64,000 nucleotides of DNA from Alphaproteobacteria bacterium. GTDB taxonomy: Bacteria > Pseudomonadota > Alphaproteobacteria > UBA2966. The stretch covers positions 2,208,001-2,272,000 of the forward strand of contig OZ219856.1 of the NCBI GenBank assembly GCA_964291395.2, in the 5' to 3' direction. The translations under genes were made by a program, and so were the position numbers. A model generated the notes under the pieces. The model was not told where the DNA came from, did no database searches, and was given only the letters and a program-made list of their open reading frames with translations. Numbering within the stretch: the stretch's first letter is position 1; each line of letters opens with the position of its first letter. This document shows, one piece after another, positions 1 through 9,673 of this stretch.

Positions 1-309
1 CGCGCCACCAGCTCGGTCGGCGAGAACGGCTTGACGATGTGTCGGCCGCACCCGCCTCGAGGGCCCTGGCGACGGTCTCGTCGCGGCCGTAGCGATCCCG
101 TCCAGGAAATCGTGTACGGATCCGACGGACCCAACGCCGTCGTTACCACTGCCCTCCACGAACTGCTTCCGGAAAGCCGGCGCAAGGTTCTCGCCTTCGC
201 CGACAGCCGGCAGGAGGCCACTCTCTTCGCTTGGTATGCCGAGGATTCCTGCGGGAAGCTGCGCGACCGGAACCTCATTCTCAGAGCCATCATGTCCGAA
301 CCGATATAG
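1..309 (+). pseudogene. Fragment of a large DEAD/DEAH-box (DUF1998-type) helicase
   Basis: Frame is open from the window edge and encodes ...ALHELLPESRRKVLAFADSRQEATLFAWY. This resembles the 'K/R-L-L-x-F-S/A-D-S-R-Q-x-A' motif of large SF2 helicases. It stops at 309, far short of the remaining helicase motifs. Confidence 0.5.
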
Positions 310-363
310 CCGAAGCGTTATCAGGCCGCCGTTAACAGACATCCCTGTGAAGCGATCGAAGGC

Positions 364-800
364 CTATTGAGCATCTTCGAGATCTTGCCACGGATCGAGC
401 AACCGAATTTCGAAGTTCCGAAAATCCTTCACATTGCGCGTGACAAGGGTCAAGTCATGCTGAATGGCAGCCGCTGCGATCTGTACATCGGCTGCGGAAG
501 GGCGACGGCCGACGCGACCCCCGTCCCCCATCAGTCGCCCCCAGACCGCTGCGGTAGCCGCATCAAACGGCAAGATGCGCCCGTCGAATTGGCGGGCGAG
601 ATCTTGTCCGATCCATCTCTCAAATTGTTCCGACGGTCTTGTTCCCTTACCTTCCGCGCGCCTCGGACGAGTTCTCCTATGGTTTGTGCCGCAAGGAAAA
701 GGTCGCGCGGGCTCTGAGACTCGATCCAGTCGAGCACGGTCTTGTCAGGTCGTGGCCTGACGGTCTCGCTGATCACATTGGTGTCCAGCAGAAAGACCAT
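364..800 (-). pseudogene. vapC: PIN-domain VapC toxin, frameshifted near 629-632
   Basis: N-terminal MVFLLDTNVISE (ORF 531-800) and C-terminal LPFD...ADVQIAAAAIQHDLTLVTRNVKDF (ORF 364-573) lie in different frames. Restoring one base after ...EQDRR gives a continuous EQFERWIGQDLARQFDGRILPFD. Confidence 0.85.
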
Positions 801-1090
801 CAGGTGAGGTCGGCAGATCGGCCCGTGGAGTGGTCACGCTCGATCGCAAGGTCAGCGTCGGTCAGAGGCGAAGCACGGAGGAAAGCGACCAGCTCGGAGC
901 CTGTCTTCGCCCGTGGTGCAGTCAGCCTCTGCTGCAGGGATCGGCGGATGAGTTCGGCTTCCTCGCCGCCGGAACAAAGGGCGCCAGCGATTGCCTTGAC
1001 GAGGGCTGCGTCTTGTAGGGGTACTGTGACTTCGACGCGCCTGGCGCCGCCAGTGGAGATCCTCTTGCGGTGACGGGAGGCACGGGACAT
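800..1090 (-). CDS. Putative antitoxin of the VapC module (96 aa)
   Basis: MSRASRHRKRISTGGARRVEVTVP...FLRASPLTDADLAIERD. Its stop overlaps the vapC start (TGATG), which is typical type II TA coupling. Confidence 0.7.
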   Translation of the reverse strand: MSRASRHRKRISTGGARRVEVTVPLQDAALVKAIAGALCSGGEEAELIRRSLQQRLTAPRAKTGSELVAFLRASPLTDADLAIERDHSTGRSADLT

Positions 1091-1135
1091 CTGTTGAGTC
1101 TTCAGACTTGAAGGGTCCACGACAGTGTATACATC

Positions 1136-1279
1136 CTGCAGCATTTCAAGGGAAGCCGGCTGTCCTTCGAGGATGTCTTCGAACGGGCCCGCGGGCTTGA
1201 GGACCGGGATCGGGCGAGCGCGTTCCCCGCGGTGTTTCGGCCGGTTTTCGAGCGCTACCAGGAAAGCCTTGCCTGTTGA
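1136..1279 (+). pseudogene. Short fragment resembling a UvrD/helicase IV internal segment
   Basis: Not in the ORF track. Translates as LQHFKGSRLSFEDVFERARGLEDRDRASAFPAVFRPVFERYQESLAC*, like the segment preceding the 'IDFxDMI' motif of helicase IV-like proteins. No start codon. Confidence 0.4.
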
Positions 1280-1302
1280 TCGGCATGAAAAAGTGACCCC
1301 AT

Positions 1303-1779
1303 TTGGAGGTACTTGTTTTGGCCAAACCAACTCACGAATCCCGTGCCCCGAATGCCGGGCGCTGGCAATACCAGATACGCGTCGAACTGACCGATGGAGC
1401 CGCGGAGGCGGCAAGGCGGGGGGAGAGCGCTCCAGACCTCGGACCTCTCGCCGACATACTCGAACGGCACGACGCGGATCTGAAATGCCAATACGATGCC
1501 TTCGCCGGCTATTGCGCCGAAGCGGAGCAACGGGGCATCGACAAATATCCGCTGTACGCCTGGACCAAGGCCACGATGGAAGATCCCGCCAAGAAGGCGA
1601 AATACACCAGGTCCTTCACGATTCACGTCAAGGGCGAAGAGGTCTATGCCAAGGAAAGGGCCGAGGCGCTGGAGGCTGATTTACGGCTTCTGGTCGGTGG
1701 CAAGGTCGTGACGAAACTGGCGAAGCACGACACCAATCCAGCCAACAACCCGCAGCCGCCGAAACGGTATCGCTCTTGA
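1303..1779 (+). CDS. Conserved-looking hypothetical protein
   Basis: Protein-like composition and GC3-rich codons (WQYQIRVEL...KCQYDAFAGYCAEAE...YPLYAWTKAT...HDTNPANNPQPP). Start position is uncertain. Confidence 0.7.
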   Translation: MEVLVLAKPTHESRAPNAGRWQYQIRVELTDGAAEAARRGESAPDLGPLADILERHDADLKCQYDAFAGYCAEAEQRGIDKYPLYAWTKATMEDPAKKAKYTRSFTIHVKGEEVYAKERAEALEADLRLLVGGKVVTKLAKHDTNPANNPQPPKRYRS

Positions 1780-1940
1780 GGATCGGCCGCTCCCATCCGC
1801 GCTCTGGGCGTCGTTCGGGCCGCGGCCGGGCAACGATGTCAGGCTGTCGCGCGACGTGCGGCAGAACCGGTTCGGTGGTTCGGAAACGCCTCGAACTCCC
1901 CCCAAAAAAATTCCGAATACAGTCCCGGAGTCGTCCGGAT

Positions 1941-2906
1941 TCACTGGTCGTGACTGGATCGCGGGACGCTCGGGCGCGGGGCGACGTCACGAAGATTGGC
2001 TCGCTCGACGAGCGCCTCTCCCATCGGTTCCGGCTCCTCGTCTTCGGCGACAGCCACCCACACCTTGAGGCTCGATTCTCCGCCACCGTACACGACGCCT
2101 CGGGTCGGTGAGGCGTCGTCATAGTCCCGGCCGACGGCAGTGCGGATATGCCGGTGATCGACGCGTGTATCGTTGGTCGGATCGATCCCGATCCAACCCA
2201 TGTCCGGGAGCAGAAACTCGGCCCATGAATGGCTGGCGCCGACTTGCGCCTGCTCGCCCCTCGCTCCCTCGAGGTGGAGATACCCCGACACGTAACGGCT
2301 CGGAATCCCCCAAGACCGGGCGATGGCGATCATCACGTGGGTGTAGTCCTGACAGACGCCACGCCCCGTCTCCAGGACTTGCTCGATGGATGAATCAACG
2401 GCGGTGCTTCCCGGTTCGTAGGTGAACGCGGCATGGAGGATCGAGGCCGTTTCCAGGAGCGAGCACAGAGGGCCGGCACCGCGACGGATACCGTTGGCCG
2501 CGGTAAACGAGTCGAGAGCCCGGCAGGGGTACGCGAAGCGACTGGGCCTCAAGTACTCCCAATGACGAATCGGATCCACCATGTCCACGAGCGCGTCCCA
2601 ACTCTCCCTTTCCGACCTCCCCGCGGGAGCCGGCGCGTCGGCTACCTCGACCTGCGACCGCGAATGCACGATTGCCCGCCGGTGCTCCCGATGGACGTTG
2701 AGCAGGTGACAGACATTACCGAACGAATCCTTGAAGGCGGCAGGAGATGCGAACGGATCTATGTCGAGGTTGAACGCCAAGATCCGCTGGCGCTGGTCCT
2801 CACGCGGCCGCAGCCGGAGTACCATCAGGCTTCCGTGCGCCGGATCCTGGTAGCTGAATTCGGAGACGTGCCTGACCAGGTACCGTCGCGCTCCCTGCGC
2901 ACTCAT
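1941..2906 (-). CDS. Transglutaminase-like protein (N-terminal domain + catalytic core)
   Basis: GVCQDYTH...IPSRYVSGY...SHSWAE...GIDPTN carries an intact Cys-His-Asp triad, plus the GRDYDDASP motif. Confidence 0.93.
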   Translation of the reverse strand: MSAQGARRYLVRHVSEFSYQDPAHGSLMVLRLRPREDQRQRILAFNLDIDPFASPAAFKDSFGNVCHLLNVHREHRRAIVHSRSQVEVADAPAPAGRSERESWDALVDMVDPIRHWEYLRPSRFAYPCRALDSFTAANGIRRGAGPLCSLLETASILHAAFTYEPGSTAVDSSIEQVLETGRGVCQDYTHVMIAIARSWGIPSRYVSGYLHLEGARGEQAQVGASHSWAEFLLPDMGWIGIDPTNDTRVDHRHIRTAVGRDYDDASPTRGVVYGGGESSLKVWVAVAEDEEPEPMGEALVERANLRDVAPRPSVPRSSHDQ

Positions 2907-3883
2907 GGTTTCGGGCTATCCTCTATCGCGTAGTCGAAATAGGCCGCCTCGACATCGTCGTGGAGCTTACGGCATGAGGCCCGGATTTCCATGAGCGTCG
3001 TTCTCGTGGCGTCATCGTCCTCGGGGTCCCGGTTCGGCCAATCGTAGTCGATGCGCGCTGCCATGCGTCCCGCCCCGCGTCCCGCCTCGACGGCGAGCGG
3101 CTGGCGTGAGGAGATCGCGTCGAGCGCATCCCAGACCCGCGCCAAGGCATATCGGATCGAGCGAGAAAGCAGCGGATCGGCAACGACGAAATCGACCACG
3201 GCCGTGGGCTGGAACTGAAGCGAATGGAGGCGGCTGTATGCGACCCGAGCGTCGCAGATTTGAAGCAAAGAGCGCCAGACCGACTCGATATGGTATTCAC
3301 TGGTCGGAAAGACGGTCAGCTGGGCGTCCACCAGCGCAGCAACAAGCTGAGCCCGCTCGACGAAACGACCGAGTTGCATGAAATGCCAGCCGTCATCTCG
3401 GTACATGGTGCTGTCGGTGATGCCCGAAAAGGTTCGAATCGCGTTCTCCGTACGCAGATAGAATTCTTCCGGCCGGTCTCTCCAGATGTCATCGACCTCG
3501 ATATCGCGCAGGCCGAGAAACGCGATATTGAGGCAAGACCACATGTCCTTGCCGACGACGTTACGTACCTGGCGGGCGTTCTCCCGAGCCGAAGCGAGAC
3601 AGTTCCGGATGCCATCGGGATTGCTGGGCTCGAAGGTCAGGTCGGCGGCGAGGGTATAGGCGTCCGCCAGCATGAATTGCTCGTCCCCGAGATTCGATTC
3701 CAGATCGCCTCCCACCGGTGTGCGGACGAGCCCGATGTACAGGCGCCGCCAACACCGGTCTATCTCCTCGACCGGCCGATCCTCAAGAACTCCGAACTGG
3801 TCCGCGAGCAGGCGACAGCTGTGCTGCGCCCGTTCGAGGTAGCGGCCGATCCAGTAGAGACCCCGGGCGCTCCGCGACAGCAT
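2903..3883 (-). CDS. Alpha-E domain protein (DUF403)
   Basis: MLSRSARGLYWIGRYLERA, ARENARQVR and LGRFVERA (duplicated ER motifs). ATG at 3883; 4-nt overlap with the downstream gene. Confidence 0.92.
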   Translation of the reverse strand: MLSRSARGLYWIGRYLERAQHSCRLLADQFGVLEDRPVEEIDRCWRRLYIGLVRTPVGGDLESNLGDEQFMLADAYTLAADLTFEPSNPDGIRNCLASARENARQVRNVVGKDMWSCLNIAFLGLRDIEVDDIWRDRPEEFYLRTENAIRTFSGITDSTMYRDDGWHFMQLGRFVERAQLVAALVDAQLTVFPTSEYHIESVWRSLLQICDARVAYSRLHSLQFQPTAVVDFVVADPLLSRSIRYALARVWDALDAISSRQPLAVEAGRGAGRMAARIDYDWPNRDPEDDDATRTTLMEIRASCRKLHDDVEAAYFDYAIEDSPKP

Positions 3884-3887
3884 ATCG

Positions 3888-5402
3888 TTACGCGGACAAC
3901 ACCCAGAGATCTTTTCCGCCGCCACCCTGACTTGAATTGACGACGAGCGAGCCGGGGGTGAGGGCAACCCGGCAGAAGGCTCCCGGAACCAGGTGCGTTT
4001 CACGCCCCCGCAGCACGAAGGGGCGGAGGTCGACATGACGCGGCGCGGTGCCATCATCCGTCAGACAAGGTGCGCAGGAAAGGTCCAGGGTGGGTTGGGA
4101 TATGAAGTTGGCCGGGTTTTTCCGAATCTCTTCGGCATAGGCCGCGCGCTCAGCAGGCGTGGCATGCGGTCCGATCAGCATGCCATAGCCGCCCGAGCCG
4201 CCGACCACCTTGACGACCAGCTGATCGAGGTTATCGAGCGTGTATTCCATCTGTTCGGGGTCTCGGCAAAGGTGCGTCTCGACGTTGGCGAGCAACGGCT
4301 CCTCGTTCAGGAAATAGCGGATCATGTCGGGAACGTAGGCATAGACACTCTTGTCGTCAGCCACTCCGGTCCCCGGGGCGTTGGCGATGGCGACATTTCC
4401 AAGCCGGTAGGCGTAGAAAAGCCCAGGCGTGCCGAGCTGCGAATCGGGACGGAAAGCCAACGGGTCGAGGAAGTCATCGTCGATCCGGCGATAGATAACG
4501 TCGACGCGCCGTAGTCCGCCCGTCGTCCGCATGTAGACGAACCCGTTGTGGACCAGCAGATCTCTCCCCTCCACGAGTTCCACACCCATTTCGCGGGCGA
4601 GAAACATGTGTTCGTAGAAGGCCGAATTGTGCACGCCCGGAGTCAGAAGGACGATGCAGGGATCGGAAATGCCGTTCGGCGCGAGCTCAGCCAGGGTGTG
4701 ACGGAGCAGCGTGCCGTAGTGCTCGATGCTGCGTACGCGGTGCCGACGGAACAGGTTGCGAAGACTGGTTTTCACCGTCCGGCGATTGGCCAGCATGTAA
4801 GAAACCCCGGACGGCACGCGCAAATTGTCTTCCAGGACCAGGAAGCCGTCGCGCGTCCGCACGAGGTCGGTCCCGCAGACACTAACGTAGGTGCCGTGGG
4901 GAACCTGAACGCCGCGCATGTCGATGCGGTACTGCGGGCAGTCACGCACCAGGTCCACGGGTATGACGCCGTCCTCGAGTATCCGTCCAGGACCGTAGAT
5001 ATCGGCCAGGAACAGGTTCAGCGCCTCGAGCCGTTGCCGCAGTCCGCGTTCGATGAAATCCCAATCCTCGGCGTCGATCAGCCGTGGGAGGACGTCGATC
5101 GGAATGATCCGTTCTTGCGCGCCTTTCTCGTCGTAGACGGAAAACGTGATGCCGTCCTGCAGGAACGATCGCTCCGCGCGTTCCTGCATGTTCGCCACCT
5201 CGACATGAGTCATGCCCCCAAGAGCCGTCCACAGCTCTCGGCAGTGTTCGCGGGGAGTCCCCGCGTCATCGAACATCTCGTCGTAGAAGGCGGGGTCGGT
5301 CTCGTAACCGTCGAAAAGATGCCCACCACCGCCCATCTGATCACCGCTCGCCGCCGATACGACCGACGGCGGCGTTACCTCGTTCGGCTTTTTCGATTCC
5401 AC
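3888..5402 (-). CDS. Circularly permuted type 2 ATP-grasp protein (DUF404/DUF407)
   Basis: LEDNLRVPSGVSY, VDVIYRRIDDDFLDP, GVADDK, HVDLRPF, VVNSSQGGGGKD. Confidence 0.95.
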   Translation of the reverse strand: MESKKPNEVTPPSVVSAASGDQMGGGGHLFDGYETDPAFYDEMFDDAGTPREHCRELWTALGGMTHVEVANMQERAERSFLQDGITFSVYDEKGAQERIIPIDVLPRLIDAEDWDFIERGLRQRLEALNLFLADIYGPGRILEDGVIPVDLVRDCPQYRIDMRGVQVPHGTYVSVCGTDLVRTRDGFLVLEDNLRVPSGVSYMLANRRTVKTSLRNLFRRHRVRSIEHYGTLLRHTLAELAPNGISDPCIVLLTPGVHNSAFYEHMFLAREMGVELVEGRDLLVHNGFVYMRTTGGLRRVDVIYRRIDDDFLDPLAFRPDSQLGTPGLFYAYRLGNVAIANAPGTGVADDKSVYAYVPDMIRYFLNEEPLLANVETHLCRDPEQMEYTLDNLDQLVVKVVGGSGGYGMLIGPHATPAERAAYAEEIRKNPANFISQPTLDLSCAPCLTDDGTAPRHVDLRPFVLRGRETHLVPGAFCRVALTPGSLVVNSSQGGGGKDLWVLSA

Positions 5403-5582
5403 GCAGCGCTACCGGTCACGCCCATCATTGGTGCAACGCGACATGACCGGAGCAACCGTAACACAGTCGATTCCGGGTAGCAATCGGACCCGAAGCGGTC
5501 GGTATTCTTCTGGCCGTCGAGTCGCGGAAGTCGGGTCACGGTTGCCCAGCGCATATTGAGCAAAGGGGTGGGGGGTGGATAA

Positions 5583-5594
5583 CCTGATATCAGG
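5583..5594. promoter_or_regulatory. Perfect 12-bp palindrome CCTGATATCAGG, possible operator
   Basis: Self-complementary and located in the divergent intergenic region 5403-5642, about 50 bp upstream of the methyltransferase ATG. Confidence 0.3.
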
Positions 5595-5642
5595 ATTTGC
5601 CGCGGATAGCGGCTTGCGCAGCGGATCGAGGGAGATCAGGCA

Positions 5643-6473
5643 ATGAACGGCAACGAGACCCTAAGTGCATCTACGCCCACTTACACCATGGGCTACAGCG
5701 ACGAGTTCCAGAAAATGCTCGATCGCCGGAACGCGGAAACCAACGCGGCGCATCTGCTGCCGCACCTCACGTCCGGTCTTCGCGTTCTCGACCTCGGATG
5801 CGGTCCGGGAACGATCTCGGTAGGGCTCGCGAAAACGGTGGAGCCCGGAGAGCTGCACGGCATCGACATCGAAGAGTCGCAGATCGAGATGGCCCGGGCC
5901 GCCGCCTCGGCCGGCGGGCACAGCAATGCGGTATTCCAGACCGGTGACGTGACCGATCTGCCCTACGGAGACGACTCCTTCGATGTCGCCCACTGTCACG
6001 CCCTGCTCATGCACGTCCCGGATACGCGGGCCGTCCTGGCCGAGGTGAAGCGGGTGTTGAAGCCCGGGGGGCTCATCTCCGCCCGCGAAATGATCGGCGC
6101 CTCGTCGTTTTCCGAGCCGGCACTCGGCGACCTTGGCGATGTGTGGGCGACATTCCAGGACCTTCTCGAGGCCAACGGAGGCCACCCCCAGATGGGGAAA
6201 GAACTGAAGGGTGTGTTCCTCGAGGCCGGGTTTTCCGACATCCATGCGAGCGCGTCATTCGAGACCTATAGCACGGTCGAGGACGTCACCTTTTTCCACA
6301 CGTTCGCCGGCGGCTGGTTCTTCTCTCCCGACACCATGGAGGCGGCCACGAAACACGGCTTGGCAACTCGCGAGCAGTTCGAAGACTGGCGCCGCACGAT
6401 GGACGAATGGAAAGACGCCCCCGGTGCCGTCTCGGCCGTGGCCTGGGGAGAAGCGATAGGACGCAAGCCGTAG
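5643..6473 (+). CDS. Class I SAM-dependent methyltransferase
   Basis: VLDLGCGPG motif I, GIDIE, GDVTDLPYGDDSFDV, RVLKPGG. Confidence 0.92.
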   Translation: MNGNETLSASTPTYTMGYSDEFQKMLDRRNAETNAAHLLPHLTSGLRVLDLGCGPGTISVGLAKTVEPGELHGIDIEESQIEMARAAASAGGHSNAVFQTGDVTDLPYGDDSFDVAHCHALLMHVPDTRAVLAEVKRVLKPGGLISAREMIGASSFSEPALGDLGDVWATFQDLLEANGGHPQMGKELKGVFLEAGFSDIHASASFETYSTVEDVTFFHTFAGGWFFSPDTMEAATKHGLATREQFEDWRRTMDEWKDAPGAVSAVAWGEAIGRKP

Positions 6474-6746
6474 CTCTTGGGCATGGTTCGCCGAGCTAAG
6501 TCGTCGCCTCCCGGCGGGCGCGCGGATCCCGTTCGGCGGCGGCCGCTCGACCGTGGACCACCTCCGCGTCCAAGGCGCTGTTTCTCCGTTGCCTCGTAAG
6601 CGGTTTCTCATGGCTTCCGGGATCGGCTCCACCTCGTGGGCGAGCCTCCCGGTCTCACCGCCCTATCCTGTCACTTAGGCCCGTCGCCGAGGCGAAGATG
6701 TGCAATAGTGCTTGCCCGCCATTTCGCAAGCCAGTGGGGTTGAGGC

Positions 6747-8504
6747 ATGACAACTGACGATTCCGATCGGCATACCGGCGTTCGCTACCAGCCAGACGAG
6801 AGGCCTCCGGCGGCACTCACAGTCGCCCTCGGTCTGCAGCTCGCCATCCTCTGCATTGCCGGAATCGTGCTGACCCCCTCGATCGTGGTGCAGGCCGCCG
6901 GCGGCACCGAAGCCTACCTGTCCTGGGCGGTGTTCGCCGCCGTCGCGGTCAGCGGCGCGACAACGGTGCTGCAAGCTGTCCGGGTTGGCCGGATCGGCGC
7001 AGGCTATGTCCTCGCCATGGGCACGTCCGGGGCCTTCATCGCGGTCTGTGTCGTGGCCCTCGCCCGGGGCGGCCCGGCGATGCTCGCCACGCTGGTGGTC
7101 ATTTCATCGCTTTTCCAGTTCGCGCTCTCCACGCGGCTCTCGCTGCTCCGACGGATCCTGACTCCGACCGTGACGGGGACCGTGATCATGCTGATACCGG
7201 TCACGGTGATGCCAATCGTCTTCGGCGGGTTGAAGGACGTACCGGACGGCGCGCCGGCATCTGCCGCGCCGCTCTGCGCACTCGCGACCGCACTCATCAT
7301 CGGCGGCATCGCGCTCAAGGCGACGGGCGCCCTGCGCCTATGGGCGCCGGTCATCGGTGTCGTAGCCGGCTCGGTGCTCGCCGGTCTCTACGGCATCTAC
7401 GACGTCAGCCGCGTTGCAGAGGCCTCGTGGATCGGCCTCCCAGAGGGTGGATGGCCGGGCTTCGATCTCGACTTCGGGCCGGTTTTCTGGGCGCTTCTCC
7501 CGGCGTTCGTGTTCGTGACCCTGGTCGGCGCCATCGAGACGATCGGCGACGGGGTCGCCATCCAGCGCGTATCCTGGCGCCGGCCCCGTGCGGTGGATTT
7601 CCGGGCGGTACAGGGCGCGGTAGCCGCGGACGGCGTGGGCAACCTGCTGTCCGGTCTCGCGGGGACGGTGCCCAATACGACCTATTCGACGAGCATATCA
7701 ATGACCGCCCTCACCGGGATCGGAGCCCGTAGCGTCGGCATCGCGCTCGGAGTGGTGTTCCTCATTCTGGCGTTCATTCCCAAGGCGCTCGCCGTGGTCC
7801 TGGCGATACCGGGCCCGGTCGCCGCGGCCTATCTCACCGTGCTGCTGGCGATGCTGTTCGTGGTCGGCATGAGGATCGTCATTCAGGACGGGGTCGACTA
7901 TCGCAAGGGTCTGATCGCCGGCGTCGCGTTCTGGGTCGGCGCGGGATTTCAGCACGGCATGATCTTTCCCGAACACGTCTCGAAGCTGGCGGGCGGTCTC
8001 CTCGAGAACGGCATGACGACGGGGGGGTTGGTGGCCATTTTGATGACCCTGTTCATGGAACTGACGGCGCCCCGCCGCCGCCGGATCGAGATGGCGTTCG
8101 ACGTCTCGGTTCTACCCACAATAAGAGAGTTTCTCAGCGCGTTCGCGTCCCGCAGCGGCTGGGACGGCGGGATGGCGTACCGCCTCGACGCCGCCGCGGA
8201 GGAGACGCTGCTGACCTTGCTGCGGCAAAACGACGGCGAAGGAGAACGCGACCGCCGTCGCCTGCTCCTGACAGCGCACAAGGAAGACGGCGGCGCGGTG
8301 CTGGAATTCATCGCCGCTGGCGGAGAGGAAAACCTCGAGGACCGGATCGCGCTGCTTGGCGAGCGGACCGAAGAGGTTCAGGTCGAGCAAGAAGCCTCGC
8401 TGCGGCTGCTGCGGCACCTCGCGTCCTCGATTCGGCATCAGCAATACCACGACACGGATATCGTGACCGTCCGGGTGGACGCCCCGGGGGCAGGTCGGGA
8501 CTGA
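6747..8504 (+). CDS. NCS2 (xanthine/uracil) family permease with a ~135-aa soluble C-terminal domain
   Basis: Multi-TM body with LTPTVTGTVIMLI, ETIGD, ADGVGN and PNTTYS (NAT-like) motifs, followed by a hydrophilic tail. Confidence 0.88.
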   Translation: MTTDDSDRHTGVRYQPDERPPAALTVALGLQLAILCIAGIVLTPSIVVQAAGGTEAYLSWAVFAAVAVSGATTVLQAVRVGRIGAGYVLAMGTSGAFIAVCVVALARGGPAMLATLVVISSLFQFALSTRLSLLRRILTPTVTGTVIMLIPVTVMPIVFGGLKDVPDGAPASAAPLCALATALIIGGIALKATGALRLWAPVIGVVAGSVLAGLYGIYDVSRVAEASWIGLPEGGWPGFDLDFGPVFWALLPAFVFVTLVGAIETIGDGVAIQRVSWRRPRAVDFRAVQGAVAADGVGNLLSGLAGTVPNTTYSTSISMTALTGIGARSVGIALGVVFLILAFIPKALAVVLAIPGPVAAAYLTVLLAMLFVVGMRIVIQDGVDYRKGLIAGVAFWVGAGFQHGMIFPEHVSKLAGGLLENGMTTGGLVAILMTLFMELTAPRRRRIEMAFDVSVLPTIREFLSAFASRSGWDGGMAYRLDAAAEETLLTLLRQNDGEGERDRRRLLLTAHKEDGGAVLEFIAAGGEENLEDRIALLGERTEEVQVEQEASLRLLRHLASSIRHQQYHDTDIVTVRVDAPGAGRD

Positions 8505-8647
8505 CGGGCGTGGAACGAGCCGGGAGGGCGACATGCCCGAACTGCGTCGTTCCAGGGGGGTGCCGCCGACTCGCTACCCTGCCGGCCGGAGTGACAGACC
8601 TCGACGCGGGGCGGTCCTCCTGCCGACGATGAGCGGACCAAAGCGGT

Positions 8648-9673
8648 TCAGTCGGGCTTGGCCAGGGCGGTTGCGATGCTCTCGAGGCGAACGGAGCCTG
8701 CCGGTTCCCCATTCCGGGTCACGGTGGCGACATCCGAACCGGTGCCGATCATCAACTGCAGAGCGTCGTCCAGGACGGTTTCCGCATCGACTTCCAGTCC
8801 GCCGTCCGCGTTTTCGGTGTCCATGATCGAGGCGACCTGAATCACCCGACCCCGGTTGATGTCCTTGATGAATTCGGCGACGTAGTCGTCGGCCGGCCGC
8901 ATGATGATATCCTGGGGGGTCCCGATCTGCACGGCTTCCCCGTCCCGCAGGATGGCGATGCTGTTTCCGATTCGGAGAGCTTCGTCGAGATCGTGCGTAA
9001 TGAAGATGATGGTCTTGTGCAGCTCGGTCTGCAGGTCGAGAAGAATGTCCTGCATATCGGTGCGAATGAGGGGATCGAGCGCCGAGAACGGCTCGTCCAT
9101 CAGAAGAATTTCGGGATCCGTCGCGAGCGCGCGGGCAAGGCCCACTCTCTGCCGCATTCCGCCCGAGAGATGGGTCGTGTAGTAGTCCTCATACCCCGTG
9201 AGTCCGACCCGCTCGATCCAGCGCCGACCGCGTTTGTCCCTCTCCGCCTTGTCGATGCCTTGAACGCTGAGGCCGTATGCCACGTTGTCGGCCACGGTAC
9301 GGTGGGGCAGGAGCGCAAAGCCCTGAAACACCATGGACGCCTTGGAGCGCCGGAACTGCCGCAGCTCGACCGGCGTCATCGCGAGAATGTCCTCTCCATC
9401 AACGATCACCTCTCCCGCGGTCGGTTCGATGAGCCGGTTGATGTGGCGGATCAATGTGGATTTTCCCGACCCCGACAGTCCCATGATGACCTGAACTTGA
9501 TGGGCGGCGACGTCCAGGTTGATGTTCCTGAGGCCGAGCACGTGTCCATGCTTGTCGAGCAGATCCTCCTTCGAGACCCCGGCCTCGACATGCTCCGTCA
9601 TGGCGGCCGCGTCGGGGCCAAAGATCTTGTAGAGGCTCCTGATCCGAACCTTGACGCCAGAGTTAGTGCCCAT
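8648..9673 (-). CDS. proV: Glycine betaine/proline-type ABC transporter ATP-binding subunit
   Basis: IMGLSGSGKST, LSGGMRQRVGLARALA, LLMDEPFSALDPLIR; short CBS-like tail. Confidence 0.93.
   Translation of the reverse strand: MGTNSGVKVRIRSLYKIFGPDAAAMTEHVEAGVSKEDLLDKHGHVLGLRNINLDVAAHQVQVIMGLSGSGKSTLIRHINRLIEPTAGEVIVDGEDILAMTPVELRQFRRSKASMVFQGFALLPHRTVADNVAYGLSVQGIDKAERDKRGRRWIERVGLTGYEDYYTTHLSGGMRQRVGLARALATDPEILLMDEPFSALDPLIRTDMQDILLDLQTELHKTIIFITHDLDEALRIGNSIAILRDGEAVQIGTPQDIIMRPADDYVAEFIKDINRGRVIQVASIMDTENADGGLEVDAETVLDDALQLMIGTGSDVATVTRNGEPAGSVRLESIATALAKPD

Noticed and set aside
6474-6746. Possible purine-type riboswitch or gene remnant upstream of the NCS2 permease
   Set aside because: No consensus match was seen, and the minus-strand ORF 6255-6632 has no recognisable motif.
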